A model generated the notes under the pieces. That model did not search any database. It worked only from the letters and a program-made list of their open reading frames with translations, and was not told where the DNA came from. Positions 40,107-51,129 of a stretch of 64,000 bases of DNA are shown piece after piece. Location: the IMG/VR virus record IMGVR_UViG_2917762859_000001; one strand, 5' to 3'. The first letter of the stretch is position 1; every line of letters begins with the position of its first letter. This DNA comes from a virus. Taxonomy: Duplodnaviria > Caudoviricetes. Both the position numbers and the translations under genes were made by a program.

Positions 40107-40436
40107 ATGATGAAAGCCGGTGAACTTAATAAACGCATCTCTCTTTCTCACTATGTTACTGAACGTGATGATTTTGGGAGTCAAAAAGTCGTTTCAAAAA
40201 AAGTGGCAGAGGTATGGGCCAAAGCAGAATCGATGTCGAACCGTAAGATTCGTACAGCTGACCAAGATCAGGTAATTGAAACCTATCAATTCACTGTTCG
40301 CCCTCGCTCTGATGTTGATATGGGGTGGCTGGTGGGCTATCAGGGGCGACTATTTACCGTTCGGGCTGTTGATCGTAATCAGTCAGATAGAGCCATTATT
40401 ACTACGGAGGCAAATATTCAACATGATAGAAGTTGA
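40107..40436 (+). CDS. Head closure protein
   Basis: AGELNKRI motif. Confidence 0.85.
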   Translation: MMKAGELNKRISLSHYVTERDDFGSQKVVSKKVAEVWAKAESMSNRKIRTADQDQVIETYQFTVRPRSDVDMGWLVGYQGRLFTVRAVDRNQSDRAIITTEANIQHDRS

Positions 40437-40812
40437 TATTAAAGCCGATCTTGAGCGTATTACGGGGCTATTAGCTTATCCGCTGAAACTCCCTTCCGAT
40501 AAATTAGAAGGAGTTATCTATCAACGGATTAGTGATCCAAAGATAGACTCTGGATTAGCCCGCACATCACTGGTTCAAGCTCGTTTCCAAATCGTTATTC
40601 AAATTTCCGATGATTACCCAAAAGCATTAAAACTGGAATCGACACTCTGTCGTGAATGGGAAGCCATTCAACATGGTTATATTGGCAACTACCCTGTTCA
40701 AACTGTTCAGCGAGGTAACTTTCTGCAGGACATGACTGAGCAAACGGAAAATCGCAAAATCTACCGTATTTATCGTGATTTTATTATCACTTATCCCGAG
40801 GATGCAACGTGA
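40423..40812 (+). CDS. Tail completion protein
   Basis: YQRISD..RFQI motif; position. Confidence 0.7.
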   Translation: MIEVDIKADLERITGLLAYPLKLPSDKLEGVIYQRISDPKIDSGLARTSLVQARFQIVIQISDDYPKALKLESTLCREWEAIQHGYIGNYPVQTVQRGNFLQDMTEQTENRKIYRIYRDFIITYPEDAT

Positions 40813-41213
40813 TAACCAACCTTAGCGTGACAGGGTTGGATGAATTAGGTCGGAAATTAAAACAGTTAGAAGTTGAGTTAAAAACCAAGATATTACGTGA
40901 AGCAGGGCGAGAAGCCATGCAAGTTGTGAAAGATGATATGGAAGCGCATGCAGGGTTTGATGCAAAAAGCACTGAGCCTCATATGCGAGACAATATCACC
41001 ATCAAAACGACACGAGTAAAAAACACGAATGGGGCTGTTATGGTCACCGTAGGACCGACAAAACCTCATTATATGAAAGCTCGCGCTCAAGAGTTCGGCA
41101 CCATCAAACAAGTTGCCCGTCCTTTTATTCGTCCAGCCCTCGATTACAACCAACGTGCGGTGCTCAATACCTTAACTGAGCATATTCGCCATGCCCTTTC
41201 TTTATATACTTAG
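40809..41213 (+). CDS. HK97 gp10-family protein
   Basis: EFGT..ARPFIRPA. Confidence 0.85.
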   Translation: MITNLSVTGLDELGRKLKQLEVELKTKILREAGREAMQVVKDDMEAHAGFDAKSTEPHMRDNITIKTTRVKNTNGAVMVTVGPTKPHYMKARAQEFGTIKQVARPFIRPALDYNQRAVLNTLTEHIRHALSLYT

Positions 41214-41224
41214 GAGTAAAAATA

Positions 41225-41698
41225 ATGGCAGATCAAAAAACATCGCCAGAATACGCCATGCTTCCCGCAGGCACTATTGTGAAATTTGGTAAAGCAGGTG
41301 ATACCGTTGAACAAATGAAGCCACTGGTTAACTGTAAGGCATTAGGTGCCACAGGACAATCAGGGAGCTTTGTTGACGTCACGACACTCATCGATAAAAA
41401 CAAACAATTTATTTCTGATTTACCTGAAGGACCTGAAAAGTCGTTAGGCTTCATTGATGATCCAGAAAATGAAAACTTTGTTGCGTTCTTGAATGCAGCA
41501 GAAAAGCGTGAAACGGTGCAGTTTTACTGCGAACTTCCTAATAAACGTACCGCAACGATGGTCCTTTCATTATCAGGCTGGGAATTAAATGACATCTCAG
41601 CGCCTGCTAATGAAGCCATCCAGATCACCGTAAAAGGAAAACAAAATAACCTTGTATGGGGAACTTCTTCTGCAACATCAACAGGAGATCAGGGTTAA
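41225..41698 (+). CDS. Major tail tube protein
   Basis: DVTTL motif; position. Confidence 0.75.
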   Translation: MADQKTSPEYAMLPAGTIVKFGKAGDTVEQMKPLVNCKALGATGQSGSFVDVTTLIDKNKQFISDLPEGPEKSLGFIDDPENENFVAFLNAAEKRETVQFYCELPNKRTATMVLSLSGWELNDISAPANEAIQITVKGKQNNLVWGTSSATSTGDQG

Positions 41699-42048
41699 TG
41701 AAAGGATTAAAAGCCTCTTTACTTACAGCGAAACCTCAAATTATCGAAGTCGATATTCTATGTGGAGTAAAGGTAAACATTCGTCGTATGACGGCTAACG
41801 AGTTGATGAATTTGGAACTTGAGGTTTCTGAATTAAATCAACATGGCAAATTACGTGAGGCATCATTACGTAACGTAGGTATGTTGCTGAATTGCTTGGT
41901 TGATGATGAAGGTAAGCCGATAAGTAAATCGTTACTACCCAAACCAGAAGAATTGGTTAACGTCCATGATAACGCGATCCTCATCGAAGCGATTAACGTC
42001 GTGAAGCAACACTCCATTGGCACGTTAGACGAGGCAAAAAAAAACTAA
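41698..42048 (+). CDS. Tail assembly chaperone (G-like)
   Basis: Ends EAKKN* on an A9C slippery run. Confidence 0.8.
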   Translation: MKGLKASLLTAKPQIIEVDILCGVKVNIRRMTANELMNLELEVSELNQHGKLREASLRNVGMLLNCLVDDEGKPISKSLLPKPEELVNVHDNAILIEAINVVKQHSIGTLDEAKKN

Positions 42049-42302
42049 CGGATAGCCCATTACTCTATTTTGCTTATCAACTTTCTGAAGAGTTGGGTGA
42101 AATTGATCCCTATCGCGTTCTCAATTTGCCTGCCAATACATTACTGGGTTGGCAGGCTTATTTTGCGCTCAAATCAGAAAAACCAGGTGTAATACCACCA
42201 TCAGATATACCTCCCTCTCCTGAAAGCGCACATCAACCAACAAGCACCTCTAAATCTGTTGAGCAGCAATGTTCTGACGTAATGAGAATGATAGGAAGAT
42301 AA
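42036..42302 (+). CDS. Tail chaperone extension (GT-like) via -1 frameshift
   Basis: A-AAA-AAC slippery site; -1 frame open to 42302. Confidence 0.75.
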   Translation, partial: KKKLTDSPLLYFAYQLSEELGEIDPYRVLNLPANTLLGWQAYFALKSEKPGVIPPSDIPPSPESAHQPTSTSKSVEQQCSDVMRMIGR

Positions 42303-42306
42303 TATT

Positions 42307-45300
42307 ATGGCCACTAATTTAGCCGATTTACGGGTTGGGCTATTGCTGAATGACGCCAGTTTTAGAAGCAATATTACAGGCGCATTAAACCATGCAGGGC
42401 GTGAAACAGAACGTTTTTCTAATAAAGCAAAGCGTGAAACAAAAGCGGTTGCAGATGGTTTTTATTCAATCAGTCATCAAGTGACGAATGTTGCAGGACG
42501 ACTGGCGATGTTAGGTGGAGTGAGTTTATCCATTGGTAGCATTTTAAATATTTCTCGTAAGTATAGTCAGGCAATTTCTGATCTGAGTGCGATTACGGGT
42601 GCGTCTATTGAGCGCATGAAAGAGTACAGTATTGCCTCTCAAGAGCTGGGGCGAACAACAGAATTTGGCGCGATAAAAGTTGCGGATGCCATGAAACTTA
42701 TTGCGTCAGCAAAACCGTCATTACTGCAGACAGCGGGAGCCTTAGAAGATGTAACGGCTAAATCGATTACCTTGGCGCAAGCTTCAGGTATTGAGTTAGC
42801 CGATGCGGCGAAATCTCTTACCTTAAGTCTTAATCAGTTTAGTGAGTCCGCTGTCTCATCTGAGCGTTACATTAATGTGTTAGCAGCAGGTGCGAAATAT
42901 GGTGCATCTGAAATAAACGAAACAGCCCAAGCCATTGTGAAAAGTGGTACCGTTGCTTCTCAAGCCGGTGTTTCATTTGAGCAACTTAATGCTTCAATCC
43001 AAGTTTTAGCAGGAAAAGGGATTAAGGCTGAAACGGCAGGAACAATGTTGCGTAATGTCTTTTTAGCATTAGAACGTTCAGCAGATAAAAACTTGCGTCC
43101 ATCTGTTGTGGGTTTGGCCACGGCATTAGAAAACCTCGACAAGAAAAACTATTCCACTACTGCATCGACAAAGATATTTGGTCGCGCCAATGTCAGCGCA
43201 GGCACCATTTTAGTTAAAAATCGGGATCAGCTAGTTGATTTAACTAAGGCGCTTACTGATACCGAAACAGCGTATGAGCAAGCAGGGAAAAGGGCACAAA
43301 ATCTAAATGCTGACTTGGAGGTAATGGAAAGGTCGTTTGAGGGATTGGCGATTAAAGTTGGTACCAGTGCCGATGGTCCTTTACGAACAGGGGTGCAAAA
43401 TGTTACTTCCGCTGTAAATGCACTAAATAATAACTTCTCAACTTTAGCTAACATTGCAACTTACGCTGTTTTACCTGTCATTGGTGCCAGAATGACTAGA
43501 GGGCTTCAAGAGCAAACCAAAGAATGGGTGAAAAATGAAGCAGCAGTCAGAAGTAATGCTAAGCAACAGGCTGAAACCGCCAGAAGAGGGATTGCTTCAG
43601 CTGATGCCACCATCAATAAACTAGCTCAGCAAGGTCAGGCATTGACTCAACAGAGCGCCATAATGAATCGGCATGGTTTACAGATGCAAGGATTGGCTAG
43701 TGAACGTAATCGACTAGTTAGACAGGAAGCGGAAGCATTAGCGTTAAGATCCAAATATACCGATCAACTTACAGCAGCTAATAATCGACTTTCATATAGC
43801 CAAAGGGCATTACGAGCATCTAGCTTAGGACTCCGAAGTGTTGTTTCTGCCTTAGGTGGGCCAGTTGGTGTGTTGGCTTTAGCTGGTTCAGCTATTTATT
43901 ATTTTGCAACTAAAGCTGATGAAGCTAAGTTGAAGATTGATGGTTTACGGGGCTCAGTTGCTGAAACAATAGAAGAGCTTCAGCGTTTATCTAGAGTCAA
44001 ATTAGAAATACAGGCTGATGAAATCGCAGAAAATATTTCTTTATTAGAAGCTGAGAGATCTCGAATCTATGGTGAGTTAGCTAGATATTCTGAAGATAGA
44101 CAAACCTCGATGTCAGAAATAAAAGACAGCGGTTGGTTTGGTAACGCCATGGTCAGTGCTTTTGGGGATGATCCTGAAGAGGTGCTTCGAAATAGGCGAA
44201 GTGCGTTAGGAAAATTAGAAGATATAAATAAGGATTTAGAGACTCAATATCAACGACAAACAAGAACAAAAGAAGCCATAGAAAAAGGTGTTTTTAGTCA
44301 ACCGACTAAAGAAGATAAGCCACTGGGAGATAGCGGAGGCGGTGGAAATGATGGAGGGAATGACCTAGCTTCAGGTTCTAAACAAAAAGTTAGTCAATAC
44401 CATCAATTACGCATGCAAATAGAGCAAGAGCATGCAACAAGTTTAGAACGAATATCCTTAAGTGAATCGGAAACAATGCGCAAGCTTCAGGAAAACTTAA
44501 AAGCTGGTGGCATGAAGCAAGAAGAGTATGAGCGATTAAAAACACTCAATGCTGAAAATCACATGAAACAGCGTGCAGAGTTAGCGGAAAAATACTCTCC
44601 CATGCGCGCATCAATTCGAAATGAACAAGAGATGACAAAAGAGCTTAAATCACTCTTTGATCAACAGCTATTGACTGAAAAAGAATATCAATATGCACGA
44701 CGCCAAATGGCGCAAGATACGACAAAGTATCGATTATCAGAGCAAGCAAAAGGTATTTCTCTCCCTAATATCAGCATTCTTGGCGAAATAGATCCCGTTA
44801 TTCAACTCAGAAACCAACTGGAAGAACAAAAGGTGCTTTATCAGGCTTACTATGAGGATGGTTTAGTTAGCAAAGAACGTTATGAACAGTTAGTTATTGC
44901 GGCTACAAATAAGTCAAAAGAAGCACAATATCAATCAAGCAAAGAGCTGTATGCCTCCCAAGGTATGTGGCAACGTATGCAAATGAATTTAGTTGATGCT
45001 GTTGAACAACGAACCGCTAATGCAATGACAGGCATGTTGATGGGAACGAAGTCCTTTTCAGAGGGCATTAAAGAATTTTCTTCATCATTAGCCAGTTCAA
45101 TTATCTCTGATCTTATTCGTATTGCAATTCAAGCTCAAATTACCAATGCATTGACGGGATTAATGGGCGGTTTTGCTGGTGGCAGTAGCGGTGCGGCAAG
45201 TGGCGCTAAAGCGGGTAAGGTGGGTGTAAAAGCGAACGCCAAAGGGGATGTTTACAGCTCACCAAGCCTCAGCCAATATAGCAATCAGGTGGTTAGTTCA

Positions 45301-45618
45301 CCGACATTATTTGCTTTTGCAAAAGGTGGTACGCCTAATCTTGGCTTGATGGGGGAAGCTGGAAGCGAGGCGATCATGCCTTTAAAACGTGGACCTGATG
45401 GATCTTTAGGCGTTAGAGCAACCGGAAGCAACTCTGTTGCGTCAGGCGATACCATTATTCATCAAACATTTCATGTAACAGGTAATGGTGATGAAGCGCT
45501 TTATCAAGCTATACAGGAAGCAGCAAGAATGGGAGCAGAACAAGGTGCATCAAAAGCCAAATCTGACATTATGCGAGACTTTCAAACCAATGGAACATTA
45601 AGAAGGAACCTACGATAA
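42307..45618 (+). CDS. Tape measure protein
   Basis: 1103 aa, Ala-rich; MGEAGSEAIMPL motif. Confidence 0.95.
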   Translation: MATNLADLRVGLLLNDASFRSNITGALNHAGRETERFSNKAKRETKAVADGFYSISHQVTNVAGRLAMLGGVSLSIGSILNISRKYSQAISDLSAITGASIERMKEYSIASQELGRTTEFGAIKVADAMKLIASAKPSLLQTAGALEDVTAKSITLAQASGIELADAAKSLTLSLNQFSESAVSSERYINVLAAGAKYGASEINETAQAIVKSGTVASQAGVSFEQLNASIQVLAGKGIKAETAGTMLRNVFLALERSADKNLRPSVVGLATALENLDKKNYSTTASTKIFGRANVSAGTILVKNRDQLVDLTKALTDTETAYEQAGKRAQNLNADLEVMERSFEGLAIKVGTSADGPLRTGVQNVTSAVNALNNNFSTLANIATYAVLPVIGARMTRGLQEQTKEWVKNEAAVRSNAKQQAETARRGIASADATINKLAQQGQALTQQSAIMNRHGLQMQGLASERNRLVRQEAEALALRSKYTDQLTAANNRLSYSQRALRASSLGLRSVVSALGGPVGVLALAGSAIYYFATKADEAKLKIDGLRGSVAETIEELQRLSRVKLEIQADEIAENISLLEAERSRIYGELARYSEDRQTSMSEIKDSGWFGNAMVSAFGDDPEEVLRNRRSALGKLEDINKDLETQYQRQTRTKEAIEKGVFSQPTKEDKPLGDSGGGGNDGGNDLASGSKQKVSQYHQLRMQIEQEHATSLERISLSESETMRKLQENLKAGGMKQEEYERLKTLNAENHMKQRAELAEKYSPMRASIRNEQEMTKELKSLFDQQLLTEKEYQYARRQMAQDTTKYRLSEQAKGISLPNISILGEIDPVIQLRNQLEEQKVLYQAYYEDGLVSKERYEQLVIAATNKSKEAQYQSSKELYASQGMWQRMQMNLVDAVEQRTANAMTGMLMGTKSFSEGIKEFSSSLASSIISDLIRIAIQAQITNALTGLMGGFAGGSSGAASGAKAGKVGVKANAKGDVYSSPSLSQYSNQVVSSPTLFAFAKGGTPNLGLMGEAGSEAIMPLKRGPDGSLGVRATGSNSVASGDTIIHQTFHVTGNGDEALYQAIQEAARMGAEQGASKAKSDIMRDFQTNGTLRRNLR

Positions 45619-46218
45619 ATGGCAACGATATTATCGTGGCCACAATCCATCGTACCAGCCTCATTAAGCTGGCAACTCGTGAGTAATAGTAAAACCTTTA
45701 CATCAACTTTTACGGGGAGTGTGCAGACGGTACGCTTTCCCGGCTCGCGTTGGCGTTGCAGTATGTCATTTAATAATTTGACTGATGAGCAAGCAAGGGT
45801 TTTAGAGGCGTTTGTTGCCGAGTTAGATGGTGAAAGTGGTCGAGTGAAAATTAGTGATTGGGCGCGCTCTGGTTTAACTCAGCGTGGTAAACCTAAAGTT
45901 AGCCAACCCAATCAATCTGGAAAATCATTAGAAACTAAGGATTGGTTACCTAATAGTATTGTGCTACGGATCGGTGACTATATCACCGTTAATAATGAAT
46001 TAAAGCGAGTGACAGCTAATGTGATCAGTGATGCGCAAGGAAATGCAACAATTCCTATTGCCCCTATATTACGTTATGCACCTGCAGTAAATGATTTGAT
46101 AGAAAATGAAACGCCATACGGTATTTTTAAACTAACTAGTAACGATCAGGGTAATTTCCAACGTAAGCCGGGCATATTTACTAGTACTTCTTTGTCATTC
46201 GAGGAGGCATTAACATGA
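45619..46218 (+). CDS. Distal tail protein
   Basis: Follows tape measure. Confidence 0.65.
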   Translation: MATILSWPQSIVPASLSWQLVSNSKTFTSTFTGSVQTVRFPGSRWRCSMSFNNLTDEQARVLEAFVAELDGESGRVKISDWARSGLTQRGKPKVSQPNQSGKSLETKDWLPNSIVLRIGDYITVNNELKRVTANVISDAQGNATIPIAPILRYAPAVNDLIENETPYGIFKLTSNDQGNFQRKPGIFTSTSLSFEEALT

Positions 46219-46796
46219 AATATCATCCCTTTAGTAATGACATGGTTAAGGCAATTAACGAGGGGTATTATTTGGTTGTTGCCTCTCGTTTAGATCTCAA
46301 ATCAGGTGTTGTAAGAGCACATACTGGTGTGGGCAATATCATTATTGCAGGTGAAGTTTATCAAGGTGTAGGGCAATTTGGTGCCATTGAGTCTGTGGGT
46401 GAAAATATGACCACTAGCCCACAACAACTTATTATGAAACTCTCAGGTTTTGATTCTTCCTTGATTGGCGAAGTGATGAACGAGCGGGTTCGTGGGCGAA
46501 ATGCACAATTGATGTTAGTGGCATTAAATGAAGAAGGAAAACCTGCGCTTGCTGAGGTTTTATTTGCAGGCCAAATATCAACCATTGGTGTTACAACGGG
46601 TGAAGAGAATGAAATAGCAGTTACTGTTTCTAATCGATTTGAACGTTGGTCTTATGGATTACCAGACAGATTTACTGATGAATCATGGTCTAAACGTAAA
46701 AATGGAGATAGGATATTTCGTTATGTTGCGCAGATGGCTGATCGGGCGATTTATTGGGGCAGCAAGAAAAATGCACCTGCGTTTATTTATAAATAA
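46215..46796 (+). CDS. Minor tail protein
   Basis: Position; coupled start. Confidence 0.65.
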   Translation: MKYHPFSNDMVKAINEGYYLVVASRLDLKSGVVRAHTGVGNIIIAGEVYQGVGQFGAIESVGENMTTSPQQLIMKLSGFDSSLIGEVMNERVRGRNAQLMLVALNEEGKPALAEVLFAGQISTIGVTTGEENEIAVTVSNRFERWSYGLPDRFTDESWSKRKNGDRIFRYVAQMADRAIYWGSKKNAPAFIYK

Positions 46797-46819
46797 CTCT
46801 GATTATTGGTGTCGATTAA

Positions 46820-47428
46820 ATGAAAAAAAATATTATTATTTTATTATTCATACTTTTAATTTTACCTAATTTAGCTTCATGTGATAAATCTGACTCAGAT
46901 AAAAATAAATATAGCGCTCCTTTTGGCCTAGAGTGGGGTATGCCTATAAATAAACTTAAAAAAGAAATAGGAAACGATATTGAAATCTTAAATAATCAAG
47001 AAAATTGTCCATTTTTTAAAGTTAAATCTGAAAGTCTACCTAATGGTTTAAATAATAAAAATGAAACCTACACACTTATATTTTTACCAGAAAATAAAGT
47101 AATTGATTTTAACGGTCTTATGGGTGTGGAATATTATTACTTCATGGAAAATAAAGAAATATATGATATAGACTTTAAAAAAATGCTAAATAATCTTGAA
47201 TTAAAATACGGGGAACCAACTAGAAAAAAAGAAGACGATAAATTATTTGAATATGTTTATTATTTTGATTTGGAAAATAAGAACATTATTCTAGCTGGAC
47301 ATAAAACCGAGTACGGGTATACGATTTGGATGTTGCAAGCATTCTTGCCGAAAGAAAATAAAAATACCATAGATCAAGCTGTAGAAAAGTTAAATTTAGA
47401 GTGTAAAAAAGAAAGAAATCCTCTGTAA
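46820..47428 (+). CDS. AT-rich lipoprotein moron
   Basis: Lipobox LASC; PFGLEWG motif; followed by its own terminator. Confidence 0.7.
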   Translation: MKKNIIILLFILLILPNLASCDKSDSDKNKYSAPFGLEWGMPINKLKKEIGNDIEILNNQENCPFFKVKSESLPNGLNNKNETYTLIFLPENKVIDFNGLMGVEYYYFMENKEIYDIDFKKMLNNLELKYGEPTRKKEDDKLFEYVYYFDLENKNIILAGHKTEYGYTIWMLQAFLPKENKNTIDQAVEKLNLECKKERNPL

Positions 47429-47484
47429 AAGAAAATGAATATAAATACCCGCTTCGGCGGGTTTTTTATTGTCTGGAGAAAACC

Positions 47485-47883
47485 ATGAGACACCAACAAT
47501 GGACTACTCGCCTTCCTGAAACTTTAAAGAATGCCATAAATCGCCCTTTTGTATGGGGTGAACATGATTGCTGTTTGTTTGCCTCTGATTGCGTCATTGC
47601 TGTTTGTAATTTTGATCCTTGTGAAAACATTCGCGGGCGCTATAAAACAAAAACTGGCGCATTCCGAGTGTTACAAAAAGAGCTCGGAACATTGGAAAGT
47701 GCTGTGAGTCGTTTTTTTGATGAAATTCCAACAAGCGAAGCAGGGCGTGGTGACATTGTGATGTTTGAAGGGGATGAAGGAAATACATTAGGTGTTTTGT
47801 GGGCGGGTAAACTATGGGCTGTTTCAACAGATGGCGTTCGTGCGGTGAGCAATAAACCAATTAAAGCATGGAGAGTACAATAA
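47485..47883 (+). CDS. Tail-tip assembly protein (NlpC/P60-like)
   Basis: PFVWGEHDCCLF and AGRGDIV motifs. Confidence 0.75.
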   Translation: MRHQQWTTRLPETLKNAINRPFVWGEHDCCLFASDCVIAVCNFDPCENIRGRYKTKTGAFRVLQKELGTLESAVSRFFDEIPTSEAGRGDIVMFEGDEGNTLGVLWAGKLWAVSTDGVRAVSNKPIKAWRVQ

Positions 47884-50766
47884 ATGGGTAAGACAGTCAC
47901 AAGCGTTGTCTCTGCTGGCTTAATGATAGCAGGGGTTATTGCCACAGGTGGTTTGGGTACCGCATTAATTGTAGCCGGTATCGCTGTTCAGGCAGCAAGT
48001 GCGTTTATCTTTAAAGATAAAGTACCTGGCTCAGGTTATCGGGATCAGTCCGAACGTAAGCAAATGCTACGTTCAGCATCAGCACCAGAAACGGTCGTTG
48101 TAGGCAAAACAATGATGTCGGGCTTACTTTTCTTTGCTGAAGAAGAGGAAGGCGAGCAAGACGAAAATGAAGAACTCTACATGGCTTTAGCGATTGCATC
48201 TCATCCTATCCATAAATTAGGGCAGATTTATTTTAACGATGACAGAATCGAAGACTTAGGCACTAACGCACAATATGAGTTTCACAATGGTAGAACCGAA
48301 GCGGATCCTTATCTACTAAAAAATGCGCCATCATGGAAAGAGGATATGATCGGTAGAGGGCTTGCATGGTTACGTTTGACGTTACGCTTTGACCAAGAAA
48401 AATTCCCTTATGGTGTGCCTAATGTTAAAAGCGAATTATGGGGCAAAGAAATTTACGATCCCCGCACCGAAAAAACAGAGTGGTCGAATAATGGTGCTTT
48501 GGTCATATTAGATTACTATCGCCATTACTTAGGTGTTCCAGATTCCGATATTGATTGGGATGCATTTAAAAGTGCAGCAGATATTTGTGATGAAACCGTA
48601 CAAACGCCAGATGGAAAAAGTGAGCCTAGATATACCTTAAATGGTGCTTATGAACTTGAAGAAAGTCCTGCCTCTGTATTAGAGATGATGCATAAATGCA
48701 TTGCTGGTGAGCCGACCTATATTGCAGGCAAGCACGGCATTATGATGCAAGTTTATAATGGGCCTGCATTACTCACAATTGATGAATCACAAATTATCGA
48801 CACAGTGACTGTAACGCCTGAACTTTCATTGCGTGATGCAACCAATGCAATTTACGGCACTTTCGTTGACGCAGAACAGCAATATAACAAAACCGATTTT
48901 GAGCCAGTGGTTATTGAAGAGTGGATAGAAGAAGATGGCTTAGAAATCAAAGAGAATATGGACTATCGTTTTGTTACTAGCCCATACCAAGCCAATCGAC
49001 TAGCCAATCTCTATTTACGTAAAAAACGCGCAGGTCGTCGTATTCAATTGCGCATGAATTTAGATGGTTATGCTTATCGCCCTGGTGATGTTATCAAACT
49101 CGAATTACCTTCATTGGGGATCAGTGATTTAGAGTTTCGTATTGCCGATTGGAAATTTCATCCATCAGAAGGGGTAGAGATTACTCTCGAAGAAGATGGT
49201 TCTTATATTTATGAGGACTTAGCTAGTAAACCCTTTGTTAGACCTCCATTCACTAAATTACCCACCGGCGGTGTAGCAGCACCTATTAATCTTGCTTTTG
49301 TTCCTCTCTCTGTTACCGATATTGTTCAGGGATATATTTCATGGCAGAACGTGGCATCTGATATTCGCTATAACACGGTTAATATTCTCCAGAATGGCAA
49401 GGTTATACAGTCTATTCAGGTACCGGGTGAGCGTGTTGATATTAACGGTTTAACGAGAGGTACTTATCGTGTCGAAGTGAGAGCAATAAATGTTGCTGGT
49501 GCTATGTCTGCACCTGCTATCAGTGATTTTGCTATTCAAGCACCACCTGTGCCGATTGGTGTCGAAATAACACCGGGTATGTTCAGCTTAACGGCATCTC
49601 CTAAACAGGGGGATAGCGCTGTGTTTGGTTATACCTTTGAGTTTTGGTTTAGTGAGAAAAAACTCGCTAATCTCTCTGAAAATGAAGTGATCACCAAAAC
49701 AAACAAAGTTGGTCAAGGAAATTTCTGGACGCAAGAGAATTTAAAAGCTGGCCACACGTATTACTTCTATATCCGAACAATCAACAGCTATGGTAAATCA
49801 CCTTTTGTGGAAGCGTCAGGTATTCCAGTTTCATTGCCCTCAGATATTTTTGATGATTTAGATAACACAGTTAGAGAAACGGACGCGTTTAAAGAGCTGG
49901 ATAAAAAGCTGGATTGGAATGCTGAGACGGCAATTATTTTAAGTAACGCAAGTCATCGTAATTTCAGACAGTTGCTAATAAAAAATGCTGAATCTCAAGC
50001 CGGCATTAGTGAGCTATGGCAAGCTAATGCAACTCAAGAAGAAGCCTGGGCACAGGAAGTTAAAGAAATTTACTCCGCTGTGGGTGATAACACGTCTGCT
50101 ATTAAAGAGACTCAAACGTCAATTACCAAACTTGATGAGGCTATCGGTCAGCGATTTACTGAAATTCGCACGGAAATGGATAAGGCTCAAGCAGATATCA
50201 TTTCAAACTCTACTGCCATCTCTAACACAAACAAGGCATTTGCTGAAAACAAAACCCAAGTTCAGGCCAAGCTTGATGAGCAGGAAGGCATGATACAGGA
50301 GAAGATGCAAGCCACGTTTGAGCAATCTGGTGACGGTGTTGTCACTCACTCAATCAATATCACGATTGTTCATAACGGCACTAAATACAATGCAGCAGGT
50401 CAGGTCATTAGTGCTCAAGTTAAGAATGGGAAGCTTGAAAGTTTTATAGGCTATAACGCTAATAACTTTGCTTGGTATAACCCAGTAAACGGCAAGATGG
50501 AACTGTTTATGGCGGTTAAAAATGGACAGCTATTTGTTAGAGAGGCATTTATTGGTGATGCTACTATCACCAGTGCGAAAATTGCTGATGTATTGCAATC
50601 AACTAATTTCAGCAATGATAAAAAAATTGGCTATCAATTAAATATGCGCACAGGGGAGGAAATAAAATATGGAAATAACTCGCAGGGCTACTGGATTGAA
50701 ACAAACGTATTAAAGCGCTTGTTTGATAAAAACGGCACAATGCGTATCAGAATGGGGATGTGGTAA
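47884..50766 (+). CDS. Central tail-tip/host-specificity protein (J-like)
   Basis: FN3-like domains, coiled coil, FIGDATITSAKI motif. Confidence 0.85.
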   Translation: MGKTVTSVVSAGLMIAGVIATGGLGTALIVAGIAVQAASAFIFKDKVPGSGYRDQSERKQMLRSASAPETVVVGKTMMSGLLFFAEEEEGEQDENEELYMALAIASHPIHKLGQIYFNDDRIEDLGTNAQYEFHNGRTEADPYLLKNAPSWKEDMIGRGLAWLRLTLRFDQEKFPYGVPNVKSELWGKEIYDPRTEKTEWSNNGALVILDYYRHYLGVPDSDIDWDAFKSAADICDETVQTPDGKSEPRYTLNGAYELEESPASVLEMMHKCIAGEPTYIAGKHGIMMQVYNGPALLTIDESQIIDTVTVTPELSLRDATNAIYGTFVDAEQQYNKTDFEPVVIEEWIEEDGLEIKENMDYRFVTSPYQANRLANLYLRKKRAGRRIQLRMNLDGYAYRPGDVIKLELPSLGISDLEFRIADWKFHPSEGVEITLEEDGSYIYEDLASKPFVRPPFTKLPTGGVAAPINLAFVPLSVTDIVQGYISWQNVASDIRYNTVNILQNGKVIQSIQVPGERVDINGLTRGTYRVEVRAINVAGAMSAPAISDFAIQAPPVPIGVEITPGMFSLTASPKQGDSAVFGYTFEFWFSEKKLANLSENEVITKTNKVGQGNFWTQENLKAGHTYYFYIRTINSYGKSPFVEASGIPVSLPSDIFDDLDNTVRETDAFKELDKKLDWNAETAIILSNASHRNFRQLLIKNAESQAGISELWQANATQEEAWAQEVKEIYSAVGDNTSAIKETQTSITKLDEAIGQRFTEIRTEMDKAQADIISNSTAISNTNKAFAENKTQVQAKLDEQEGMIQEKMQATFEQSGDGVVTHSINITIVHNGTKYNAAGQVISAQVKNGKLESFIGYNANNFAWYNPVNGKMELFMAVKNGQLFVREAFIGDATITSAKIADVLQSTNFSNDKKIGYQLNMRTGEEIKYGNNSQGYWIETNVLKRLFDKNGTMRIRMGMW

Positions 50767-51128
50767 TGGGAATGGGATTAGAAATTTATGATGAAAAAGG
50801 GCGGTTAATTATTGGTGAAGATACTATCATTCCTCGTTATTTAGGAAAGTTTAATTTGCCATTATCACAGTATGGTTCATTGATTATTCCTGAAATTTCA
50901 TTCGGCGGGGAAATAGTTTGCCACTTTTGGATCCGTTATCGCTCTATATTCTCTAACTCATTCCACAAGATGGGGCCAAATGAACGAACTAGCCATTCAG
51001 TGAGCGGGACTACGTTAAATTATCGTTGTGATTATAACGTTTATCGATGGGAGCAAAATGGAGGGGGAGGTGGGCAAACGCAGACAAATGATAGTTTTTC
51101 AAATCATGTAGTTGTATGGGCGGTGTAA
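50766..51128 (+). CDS. Tail accessory protein
   Basis: GLEIYDEKGRL motif. Confidence 0.65.
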   Translation: MGMGLEIYDEKGRLIIGEDTIIPRYLGKFNLPLSQYGSLIIPEISFGGEIVCHFWIRYRSIFSNSFHKMGPNERTSHSVSGTTLNYRCDYNVYRWEQNGGGGGQTQTNDSFSNHVVVWAV

Positions 51129-51129
51129 T

